A stretch of 64,000 nucleotides of DNA from a virus (Duplodnaviria > Caudoviricetes): IMG/VR virus record IMGVR_UViG_3300010376_000032, positions 1 through 64,000 of that record; one strand, written 5' to 3'. Each line of letters starts with the position of its first letter. The stretch's first letter is position 1. The translations under genes and the position numbers were made by a program. The notes under the pieces are model-generated. The model did not search any database, was not told where the DNA came from, and saw nothing but the letters and a program-made list of their open reading frames with translations. Positions 34,416-42,537 of the stretch are shown piece by piece.

Positions 34416-35959
34416 CAGAACAACCGTCCTTGCATCTGTCCGAACTGCACTGGGTGCTTAATGGGGGGGTGCGCCTGCTCCTCGCTGGGGAAGTTCGCGG
34501 CCAGCTTGGTCTTCCCGGCAGCCATGGCACTCTCGTGGCGGCGGATGGTTTCCTCACCCCACTGGGTGGCCTGGGCCTGCTCGACGTGGGTCAGCCCACG
34601 CTTTTTCATGGCCTGGCGGGCGGCGTAGTCGGCCAGGGCGTGGAAGCTGGCCCGAGGCACATTGGACTGCCGGGAGGCGTACTCGATCACATGCTCGCGC
34701 CCTGACTTCTGGCGCATGGGCTTGCCGCTCTTCAAGAGCCTGGGGTTGCCCTGCTCGTCAGTCAAGATGGGCTTCTCGGTACCGAGGTGAGGGAGCATGC
34801 CGCCACCACCGGAGTGGATGTCAGAGGTGAAGAACTGGGGCGTGCCACCCAGCCAGGCGTTGTGGTAGGCGCCGGTCTTGGGACCAAACCCGCCTTTGCC
34901 TGAAGTGCCAGCGTCAGTCTCCGCAATGGACTTTCCCTCGTGGATGACCTGGTGGGCGCGCTCCAGGGCCTTGGCTGTGTTGGCCGGATACCCACTGCGA
35001 GCGTGGCCGGTCAGAGGATGCTCAGGATCGTCCTTGCTCCACTCGTCAGGGTTCCTGCCGGAGGCGATGTGGCGGATGATGTGATCGGCAAGCTCCGCGT
35101 TGGGATAGCTCACTTTGCCGGTCTTCTTCGACTCGTACTTGAACTTCATGTTGGGCGAGGTGTCAGCGTTGACCGCGGCCACCAGGCCCAGCGACGTGCC
35201 GTGCTGCTTGGCCGACTGCTGCAACCGCTGCGCCGCCTCACCGTGGGTGTAGAAGGTCTGGGCGTAGGGATCCTCAGCCCCGTGGGTACGCGCCCGTAAA
35301 TAACCCTGATCTAACTGAGCGCCGAATGATTTTTCCATCTCCTTCGGACCCACCCCGCCCAGTCGCTTGACCTCCTCCAGCGTCCTCTTCTGTTCCTCTG
35401 GGGTGTGCTCCTCCCAGCGCTTGGGTACCGGCCGCGCCTGAGGATCCTCCATACCGGGAAGCTGGGGCTGATCCATGGTGGATCGGCCTGCGCGATGATG
35501 TTCTCCGAACCCGTAGTGTTCGTACGCCTGGGCGTGTGTGAGCTTCAGTCGCTTCTGCTCCTGGAGGCCAAGCTCTGGACGCTCCCGCGCCAGCTTGTTG
35601 TGCTGCTCCGTGGCGTAGTCCACCACGTCCTTCATGCGCTCCTGACCTGCCTTGCTGCGCTCCCAGTTCTTCCGCTTCTTCACCGACGCCGCCGTCTCGG
35701 CCACGTCTGCCTTCTGCTGGGCAGCCTGCTTGGCCTCACGTTCTTGAGCAGCGGCGTGGGCCTTGGTGCCAGGCCGGGGAGCCTTGGATCTCTGGGCGCC
35801 GGTCTGTGACGGCTTGACGGGAGCGGGCTGGTTGGGGGGCGCGCTCTCTGTCGGCACCACAGAGAACTGCCGTCCCGCGCTGCGACGACGCCTTACTGTC
35901 TCTGGCGGTGCCGCCCCCGCATCCCACTCCTCGCTCATCGGGACCGCGGCCATCGTCAA
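34415..35959 (-). CDS. Unknown protein: disordered basic N-terminus, HhH-glycosylase-like core, C-terminal QGRLF
   Basis: AAV.A.TSP..K...N..LA; GFGPKTGAY; TSDIH; QAQATQW pattern recalls phage HhH-GPD-like proteins (from memory, not searched). Confidence 0.55.
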   Translation of the reverse strand: MTMAAVPMSEEWDAGAAPPETVRRRRSAGRQFSVVPTESAPPNQPAPVKPSQTGAQRSKAPRPGTKAHAAAQEREAKQAAQQKADVAETAASVKKRKNWERSKAGQERMKDVVDYATEQHNKLARERPELGLQEQKRLKLTHAQAYEHYGFGEHHRAGRSTMDQPQLPGMEDPQARPVPKRWEEHTPEEQKRTLEEVKRLGGVGPKEMEKSFGAQLDQGYLRARTHGAEDPYAQTFYTHGEAAQRLQQSAKQHGTSLGLVAAVNADTSPNMKFKYESKKTGKVSYPNAELADHIIRHIASGRNPDEWSKDDPEHPLTGHARSGYPANTAKALERAHQVIHEGKSIAETDAGTSGKGGFGPKTGAYHNAWLGGTPQFFTSDIHSGGGGMLPHLGTEKPILTDEQGNPRLLKSGKPMRQKSGREHVIEYASRQSNVPRASFHALADYAARQAMKKRGLTHVEQAQATQWGEETIRRHESAMAAGKTKLAANFPSEEQAHPPIKHPVQFGQMQGRLF

Positions 35960-36357
35960 TCAGTGACGACTTCGGGTGCCCTCCGCTTCTGGATGGCTCC
36001 GTTGCGGAACACTTCCTCATACCGGACCTCTGCTTGGTCCGTAAATGAGCCGTGGGCGAACTCGCCCAGCATGGTGGGAGCGTCGATCCAGGCCGCAGAG
36101 CCGACGTGGGCGCGCTCAGCCATCGTCTCCTCAGGCATCTTGAACTGGGTGTTGGGATCGACATGGTTGATCCGACCCGGGGCCGACACCATAAATTCCG
36201 TCATACCCCGCTGAAAATCGGTCGGAATATCTGTGTCGGTGCTTAACCCTTCCTCAAAACGCAGTGGACCGCGACCGCCAGGGGCGTTCGGTCCCATGGT
36301 GCGGTCGTAGCTGTACTGGCCCCTCTCGGGGAACTGTGGATCAGGGCTAATAGACAT
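35956..36357 (-). CDS. Conserved-looking phage protein, probably virion-associated
   Basis: Start reset to ATG 36357 (GGAGG RBS); RGPLRFEEG..TDTDIP.DF..G; AHVGSAAWI.AP..L.EF..G. Confidence 0.7.
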   Translation of the reverse strand: MSISPDPQFPERGQYSYDRTMGPNAPGGRGPLRFEEGLSTDTDIPTDFQRGMTEFMVSAPGRINHVDPNTQFKMPEETMAERAHVGSAAWIDAPTMLGEFAHGSFTDQAEVRYEEVFRNGAIQKRRAPEVVTD

Positions 36358-36388
36358 GGGCATTCCTCCCAATGACGGGTTGTATTGA

Positions 36389-36446
36389 AGGCTAGTGACG
36401 GCCCGATGACGCACCGCGACCACCCAGTACCCCATACCGTCGAGAC
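36389..36446. promoter_or_regulatory. Back-to-back promoters: TAGCCT (minus, 36389-36394) and TACCGT (plus, 36435-36440, 6 nt before ATG 36447)
   Basis: Gap between divergent genes with TAnnnT on both strands. Confidence 0.55.
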
Positions 36447-37196
36447 ATGGCGAAACAGCTTCGTCTGGCCCTGGGACGGCTGTCGGCTCGTCAGTTCGCC
36501 CCGGTGGGGTCAGCGGCGGTACACGCCCGTGCGTTGACCAAGAAGGTCACCGGCAACAGGTACCAGGCGCCATCGGCCCAGCTACAGGTGGACCCCATGG
36601 TGGGCCACCACCTCATGTCGGAGTACCGGTCACGTCAAAACGAGCCGCCCAGCGACCGGCTGCAGCGCAGCTACGCCGCCATGCGGGACGACGTGAACGC
36701 CCAGTACGAGCACATGACCAGGCCCCGGGAAGAGGGTGGCATGGGTATCCACCACGAGGTGACCGCCGAGGATCCCTACGCCACACCAGGGCAGATGGCC
36801 CATGATGTACGGAAGAACAGGACTATAAAAACCCTGTCAACTGAAACCACGGGCGGGCATTCATTTTTTACCAATGAGGAGAACGACCGGTTCCGAGCCG
36901 TTCATGATGTGTTCGGTCACGCCGCTGTGGGCCGGGGCTTCTCTCGTCATGGCGAGGAAGCGGCCTGGCGCAGCCACGTCCAGATGTTCTCTCCCGAAGC
37001 CCGGGAGGCCATGACCTCAGAGACTCGGGGTCAGAACAGCTACCTCAACTACCACCCGGGCGGGGCGAACTTCCCCGAGCAGGGCATGGTGGGCATGTCC
37101 AAGCTGGCCCAGTCACCTGAGGCCGGGGCCATCCTGCGCCGAGCCACGCCAAAGACGGCACGGCCCCAGGGCGAACAGCTACGGTTGCCACTGTGA
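36447..37196 (+). CDS. Unknown protein with an HDxxGH (zincin-like) motif and terminal QLRLxL motifs
   Basis: FRAVHDVFGH...F...GEEAAW.SH..MFS..AR.AM.SETRGQNSYLN; begins MAKQLRLAL and ends EQLRLPL*. Confidence 0.68.
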   Translation: MAKQLRLALGRLSARQFAPVGSAAVHARALTKKVTGNRYQAPSAQLQVDPMVGHHLMSEYRSRQNEPPSDRLQRSYAAMRDDVNAQYEHMTRPREEGGMGIHHEVTAEDPYATPGQMAHDVRKNRTIKTLSTETTGGHSFFTNEENDRFRAVHDVFGHAAVGRGFSRHGEEAAWRSHVQMFSPEAREAMTSETRGQNSYLNYHPGGANFPEQGMVGMSKLAQSPEAGAILRRATPKTARPQGEQLRLPL

Positions 37197-37399
37197 GCGC
37201 GTCGGACGACTGGGCGCACAACACCTCGATGCAGCGAGCGACTGGGAGTGACGTGGCCTTACCGATCACTCCCGCCACCGCCCAGATGGGTACACAGTCC
37301 GCCCTGTCCCAACTGCAGTCCCAGGCTGAGCCAGCGCTCGCCCAGGGTGCCTCTACGCTGAACGATGTTGCGGCTGGCGTCTTGGGCGCGCTGACCTAG
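37193..37399 (+). CDS. Hypothetical protein
   Basis: GTGA overlap; 68 aa, A/Q/S-rich; overlaps the terminase 3' end convergently. Confidence 0.45.
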   Translation: MSASDDWAHNTSMQRATGSDVALPITPATAQMGTQSALSQLQSQAEPALAQGASTLNDVAAGVLGALT

Positions 37400-38996
37400 C
37401 TCGCCTCGCCCCCGCCGCCCATGGCGTCGTCTGGATCTCCACCTGGGGCACCATCAGCACCTGGCTCATGACGGTGGCGCAGGCCAGGGAGTCGACGTAG
37501 TCGTCATGGGCACCGGCCTCGTTCGGAGCTTCTACGAGGAGATGCGCTCCCTTGTAGGTCTTCTCCACGTCGATCATCTGCTGGCGGAAGCGCCGCCACA
37601 CCCGGGTCTTCTTGGCCCTGGGGTGGGCGGGCCAGGACAGTAGGCCCCGTTGGAGTAGCTGCTGGAGGTGCTTCCACCGGGCCGACTGATCCGCGATCTG
37701 TGACGACAGCGGTTCGACCTGGATCTTGGGCAGGAGCCGCTTGAGCCGGTCCGCGGCTACGTCCCCGATGCCCTGGGCGTCCACGCCCATGGCTACCACT
37801 GAATAGTTAGAAACAAAGTCCACGATGCGGAAGAATTGCTCCTCCCAGTTTTCACCATGCATCTCCAACCAGTTGAGAATCCGGTGATCGTAGAGGCCAA
37901 GTTCGTCTGGCCGATCAAAATCTACCCAGCAAATGGTGACGACGGTGGAGTCCATTTTTCTGGCGAAGTCCACGCCCGCCACCAGTGGAGAGCGCCAATA
38001 CGCAGGGACGATAGGCATGGTGGGGTCGCCAAGCTCGTCAAACCTCGACTCAATTATCAGTTGCCCACGTTCCAATAACCATTCCAGCCGATAGTTGAGC
38101 CGGAACTCGTCGCTGTCCTCCCCAATACGCTGGGCCTCGCCCCGAATGTAGGCGGCGTAGTTGCGATTAAACTTGGCGCAGTAATGCCAGTCGAATCGGA
38201 AGTGATTTTTCTTACCGCCCCGACGCAGTTCCATGCGCCGGTTGTGCTGGATGGTCTTGTAGAAGACGCCCTTGACGATGTCCGGTGTGCCAGTCATGAC
38301 CATGGTGGCGAGATAGAACGCACCCATGGGGGAGATGCTCTTGTCCAGCACGTACTGGTCCACCGACTGGCTCTCGTCCACGAAGATGACGTGGTAGCTC
38401 TTGGACTCGATCTTGGCCCGGGGGTTGGCCGTCTGCATGGCGCAGAAGCTCTGGCACTTCTTGAGCTTTACCTTCCGCGAACCTGGGCGCACCTGGTCAT
38501 CGATCTCAGGGTCGGCCAGCATCTCGTCGGCCCGCTCCGAGGTCAACCGGTCTACTACCCGCCCAAACAACGTCTCGACCTGCTGCTCGACCGGGGCGAA
38601 GCAGCCGATCATGACCCCCTTGGCGAACTTTTGGAGTGGCTCAAACTCGGGGAAGATCTCAGCCAGGCGAGGTAAGAGAATCATAAGACTGGCCGCAACA
38701 TTCGCAACGACTTCGGTCTTGCCGCTCTGACGAGACAATTCGCCCGTAATGGTCGCGCCGTCGCCGGAGATCACCGACTCGATGATGCGGCGCCCGATGG
38801 CCTCCTGGTAGGGGAACATCTCCACGCCAGAGAACATGACGGTGAAGGCCCACACCTTGTCCACCAACCTGTGGACAAAGTCCTGATCGGCAGGGTTGAG
38901 CGGCTCCGGCGCGTAGCGGGCCAGGTCATCAGATAGACCTTCCTCGTCTAATTCCTCCTGTACCTCGTCCAGGCCGGGATCCTCGACGTATGTCAC
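37353..38996 (-). CDS. terL: Terminase large subunit
   Basis: Walker A SRQSGKTE, Walker B VIFVDESQ, MTGTP coupling motif, nuclease VAGVDFA..DSTV and HDDYVDS. Confidence 0.93.
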   Translation of the reverse strand: MTYVEDPGLDEVQEELDEEGLSDDLARYAPEPLNPADQDFVHRLVDKVWAFTVMFSGVEMFPYQEAIGRRIIESVISGDGATITGELSRQSGKTEVVANVAASLMILLPRLAEIFPEFEPLQKFAKGVMIGCFAPVEQQVETLFGRVVDRLTSERADEMLADPEIDDQVRPGSRKVKLKKCQSFCAMQTANPRAKIESKSYHVIFVDESQSVDQYVLDKSISPMGAFYLATMVMTGTPDIVKGVFYKTIQHNRRMELRRGGKKNHFRFDWHYCAKFNRNYAAYIRGEAQRIGEDSDEFRLNYRLEWLLERGQLIIESRFDELGDPTMPIVPAYWRSPLVAGVDFARKMDSTVVTICWVDFDRPDELGLYDHRILNWLEMHGENWEEQFFRIVDFVSNYSVVAMGVDAQGIGDVAADRLKRLLPKIQVEPLSSQIADQSARWKHLQQLLQRGLLSWPAHPRAKKTRVWRRFRQQMIDVEKTYKGAHLLVEAPNEAGAHDDYVDSLACATVMSQVLMVPQVEIQTTPWAAGARRARSARPRRQPQHRSA

Positions 38997-39008
38997 CCAC
39001 CAACCGTA
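38997..39008 (-). promoter_or_regulatory. Leaderless promoter candidate for terL (TACGGT-N6-GTG)
   Basis: TAnnnT at 39008-39003, exactly 6 nt before the start; no RBS seen. Confidence 0.55.
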
Positions 39009-39206
39009 GGTGCGGGCCGCTCAGCCGCCTTGACCACCCAGAAGTCCTTGCCAACGTAGCACCGTGTTGATAGTTTCTGAAAAATACGGCCCGAGTTCAC
39101 CCACGAGCGAAGAGCCCTTTTTCGAAGAAGAAATCCGACGTGACAACATGCGATGTGACCAGCGGATTTTCGCCGAGCCAGAACGAGGGGCAGGGAGAGG
39201 TGACAG

Positions 39207-39899
39207 ATGAGCCGACTCGCTGCCTACGCAGGCGGAACCGTGGTCAGTGCTGTCGCCCACGTTCTCGACCTGATGGAAGATTCCATCAGCCTGAACCCGA
39301 GCGTCCTACTGCTGCTGGGAATGGTTGGTTTCGTCACCACTTCGTGCTTGATGACCCCGGGCGGGCATCATCCGGCACCCCTCGTCACCACGGCTGAGTT
39401 GCTGGCCCTCAAGGCCCGCCACGCGGAGCGCTTGGCTTCGTTCATCGACAAGGTTGCACACCCGCCTGGCATAGCGTGGCGGGTACGAGCGCTCTCCCGG
39501 CTCATCGACACCTACGTGGCGGGCCAAGCTGTCTACGGCGAGCAGGTGGATACCTTCATGACCGACATGATCGACGCCGGAGTCTGGTGGATCGAGAACA
39601 ACGGCCAGGATCCCCACGCCACTGAGCGCCAGGAAGACCTGGTTCTGATGGCGCGATGGCGTGACAGCCTGCCTGACTCTCCAGACGGAAACTGCCCGAC
39701 GCCCTCGCTGGGCGCCCGCATCCGCATGGCCCGAGAGGCTCAAGGGTGGACCCAGCAGCAGTTGGGGGATCGAATCGGCAGGAACATCATGACCGTCAAC
39801 CGGTTGGAGAACGACCAGAGCCGGGAGCCGTCTGTGGAAACCCGGCGCCGACTGGCCAAGGTGCTGGGGGGCAAGCCTGCCGATTACACCCGGGATTAA
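39207..39899 (+). CDS. XRE-family HTH transcriptional regulator (C-terminal HTH)
   Basis: LGARIRMAREAQGWTQQQLGDRIG....TVNRLENDQ.R.PS..T..RLAKVLG; start uncertain. Confidence 0.82.
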   Translation: MSRLAAYAGGTVVSAVAHVLDLMEDSISLNPSVLLLLGMVGFVTTSCLMTPGGHHPAPLVTTAELLALKARHAERLASFIDKVAHPPGIAWRVRALSRLIDTYVAGQAVYGEQVDTFMTDMIDAGVWWIENNGQDPHATERQEDLVLMARWRDSLPDSPDGNCPTPSLGARIRMAREAQGWTQQQLGDRIGRNIMTVNRLENDQSREPSVETRRRLAKVLGGKPADYTRD

Positions 39900-40287
39900 T
39901 CGCTCGTGTACGGCCCTATTCGGCCACAGTCGGTGAAGTAGACGAGTCACGTATATAGCCCCATGGGGGGTACATCGATCCGCAGCATTCAGTGCATTGC
40001 CCCTGGTCAGCGGTAGACGTTCTACGTCTAGTGGGGGAATATCCAACACCCCGGCATTGGCTCTTGACAGGCGCCCCAAACGGGGGCACAGTCGCGAGTT
40101 ACCGCCACCCCTGCGGGGGGGACGGCTGGACGAAGCGGAACCTGCCTTCACAACCAGGGCAGGCCAGGGGAAGGATCGCGGGATGGGAGACGGTGGGCTA
40201 CCACCTTGCTCTGACCTGGGTCAGAGCACGGAACACACCCTGTTGGAGTGGCTGGGGCGCAAGGCGAACCGCCGGGGGATAGTGGCG

Positions 40288-41001
40288 ATGGAGTACGACC
40301 GGCTGGAGGATCGGATCTACCGGGAGGTAGGGATCCGGCATCCCCGCGAAGTGCTGGGGTACCTCATCCCGTACTACATCGAGAAGGCATACGAGGGCGA
40401 ACCGATCCGGTTTCGGATCCTGGTCAAGTGTGGTTGCCAAAACTTTTCCCGAGAGGATTGTTCCGCCCCACCCGCCGCAGGCGGGCGAGGGACTAGTCTA
40501 GCGGCCAAGCCGCTGGGTACTAGGCCCGAGCCGAGCGGAGCTTCGGAGGCTGAAAGCCGGAGAGGCGAAGCGAGTCAGGCGAATAAAACGATAACCTCGT
40601 TCTTCACTACGCCGCCCAGCCGGAAAAAATGGCCACCGGACGTGGAGTTGGCCAGAGACTATTTTCCTCAGCTACTGCTCCAGCACGGACATACCAGGTT
40701 CACCTCCTGGACGAACGTGCCAGCCTTTTCCAGGAACCTGCGCCAGTGGCATGACCGGGACGGCATCGATTATCCGATGATCCGGTTGATGATGGAGGAG
40801 TTCGCCCATCACCCCGAGTGGTGTCGTCGGTCGAAGAACATGCCTTGGAAGGTCTTCCTGGCTCGCCGCACACAGTTGACCGAGATACTGCTGGTCCAGC
40901 AGCGGAAGGATCCGGCCAACCGCCGGTTCAGCAACGGTGACAGCGGTGAGGGCAGCTACTGGAATCGCCGTCCCACCTCCGTCGCATCATTGGCGCTATG
41001 A
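40288..41001 (+). CDS. Putative replication initiator/replisome organiser
   Basis: Start reset to ATG 40288; upstream of a DnaC-like loader and DnaB; flexible middle and helical C-terminal domain. Confidence 0.5.
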   Translation: MEYDRLEDRIYREVGIRHPREVLGYLIPYYIEKAYEGEPIRFRILVKCGCQNFSREDCSAPPAAGGRGTSLAAKPLGTRPEPSGASEAESRRGEASQANKTITSFFTTPPSRKKWPPDVELARDYFPQLLLQHGHTRFTSWTNVPAFSRNLRQWHDRDGIDYPMIRLMMEEFAHHPEWCRRSKNMPWKVFLARRTQLTEILLVQQRKDPANRRFSNGDSGEGSYWNRRPTSVASLAL

Positions 41002-41513
41002 CTGCCGTCCGTATCCCATTGTGGTACCGGGGCCGCGCCACCCCCGACTTCCTGGACTCGGGCCGGTGCGCCTGCATCGGCAAGCGAGATCTGTACTTCG
41101 ATGAGTCGATCGAGGCCCTGGCTGCCTGCCAGGCCATCTGCGTCACCTGCCCGGTGTTCCAAGCCTGCACCCGCTGGACCATGCAGCAGCACCGCCTGGG
41201 CAAGCTGGAGTTCGGCATCTTCGCCGGACTGACCCCGCACGTCCGAGACAAGATCGTGGAGGGCAAGGAGCCGTACTACGACTGGCGGCGCGAGTGGAAC
41301 CGACGCAACTACGTCCCCCGCATCGCCGCCGATGTGTCGCGGCGGGCCTACAAGGCGGGCCGGGGCAAGCGCATGCAGGCTAAGGCCGAGATGCCGCTCT
41401 GCCCGTTCTGTGGCGTTCGGAATCGGGTGTGCCGCTACGGGCGCGACCGGGACCGCCAGCGCTACCGCTGCTACACCTGTCGGCTCTCCTTCCTGGGAGA
41501 GGAGATGCTGTGA
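40998..41513 (+). CDS. whiB: WhiB-family regulator fused to a C-terminal Zn ribbon
   Basis: C-x21-C-x2-C-x5-C with GIFAG turn; C-terminal CPFC...YG.....QRYRCYTC. Confidence 0.8.
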   Translation: MTAVRIPLWYRGRATPDFLDSGRCACIGKRDLYFDESIEALAACQAICVTCPVFQACTRWTMQQHRLGKLEFGIFAGLTPHVRDKIVEGKEPYYDWRREWNRRNYVPRIAADVSRRAYKAGRGKRMQAKAEMPLCPFCGVRNRVCRYGRDRDRQRYRCYTCRLSFLGEEML

Positions 41514-42109
41514 AGCAGGTCTTTCCGTTCTACCGCGACAAGGGCCTCTACGACTTCCAGACCCTGGACAATCCCACCCTGGAGATCGCCGTCCGCAGGG
41601 TGGAAACCTACATCGATGACCTCAAAGCCATGAAGGATCGAGGCACCGGCCTCACCTTCGTGGGCCAGAACGGGGTAGGCAAGACGCACCTGGCCTGCAA
41701 CGTGATGGCGGCGGCGGCAGAGGCCGGGTTCAAGATCGAGTGCATCGAACTCGCCACCTGGATCGATCTGTGGCAGGAGATGTTCCGCATCAGCGACGAG
41801 GAGCGGATCGAGTACCTCAACGACCAGCTTCGCTACATCAAGCGGGTGCAATTCCTGTTGCTGGATGACCTGGGCCGCGAGCATGAGTCGGCGTCGGGCT
41901 GGTCGAACGAGCGTGTCTTCGACCTGCTCCGCTACCGGCACAACCGCAACCTGCCGACACTTATCACCACTAACATCCCCGTCGACAATCCCGACGCCGA
42001 GACGGACTTGAACCGGCGCTACACCGAGGGCCTCTCCAGTTTCCTGCAGGAGGCCAGCATCATCGTGGTGATGGCGGGTGAGGATTACCGGTGGATAAAG
42101 GGCAGCTAG
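41510..42109 (+). CDS. dnaC: DnaC/IstB-like ATPase (helicase loader)
   Basis: Start reset to GTG 41510; GQNGVGKT, LLLDDLG.E, RYR.N.N.PT.ITTN. Confidence 0.88.
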   Translation: MKQVFPFYRDKGLYDFQTLDNPTLEIAVRRVETYIDDLKAMKDRGTGLTFVGQNGVGKTHLACNVMAAAAEAGFKIECIELATWIDLWQEMFRISDEERIEYLNDQLRYIKRVQFLLLDDLGREHESASGWSNERVFDLLRYRHNRNLPTLITTNIPVDNPDAETDLNRRYTEGLSSFLQEASIIVVMAGEDYRWIKGS

Positions 42110-42537
42110 GCATCGGCGTGGAGCGCCGCATGATCTTCATCTGGGAGGGGGCGGTCGCCACGCTGCCGGACTACGTCGGCGTGGCCAAACTGGAGCGGGT
42201 CCGGCTGGCCATGCGCCGCTACGACGCCGCCGTCCAACTGTGGGTGATCAACGAGCACGCCATCAAGTGGATGTGGACCATGATGGTGCGCTCCAGCTTC
42301 CGGATTGACATCTGCGTCACTACACGCTCGCCAAAGTTCGCGCAGGCAGTGGCGCAGAGGTGCGAGCGCCGGAACTGGCCGGTGCGCTACGTGTTCGCGG
42401 CGTCAGCACCTGAACTGGGACGGCAACTACCCACGATGCCCGACGTGGAGCGGGTGGTGTACGGCCTGGAGGAGCAGCGCTGGTCCTATGGGCCACGGGG
42501 GTTGTTGCTCTCGCGTGACTCAGGACAAATCGTCTGA
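42091..42537 (+). CDS. Hypothetical protein (possibly degenerate HAD-like fold)
   Basis: 148 aa between loader and helicase. Confidence 0.55.
   Translation: MDKGQLGIGVERRMIFIWEGAVATLPDYVGVAKLERVRLAMRRYDAAVQLWVINEHAIKWMWTMMVRSSFRIDICVTTRSPKFAQAVAQRCERRNWPVRYVFAASAPELGRQLPTMPDVERVVYGLEEQRWSYGPRGLLLSRDSGQIV

Noticed and set aside
36389-39037. GTGGTC-N23-TAnnnT as a phage-specific promoter consensus
   Set aside because: Present in only two promoters (36418-36423 and 39032-39037, minus strand); the others do not match
39207-39899. Lysogeny (CI/Cro) switch or prophage status
   Set aside because: No integrase, att-like repeat, host flank or divergent Cro seen in the window
40064-40092. Canonical sigma-A promoter from TTGACA at 40064
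   Set aside because: The hexamer at 17-nt spacing is CACAGT, not TAnnnT; possible but unsupported
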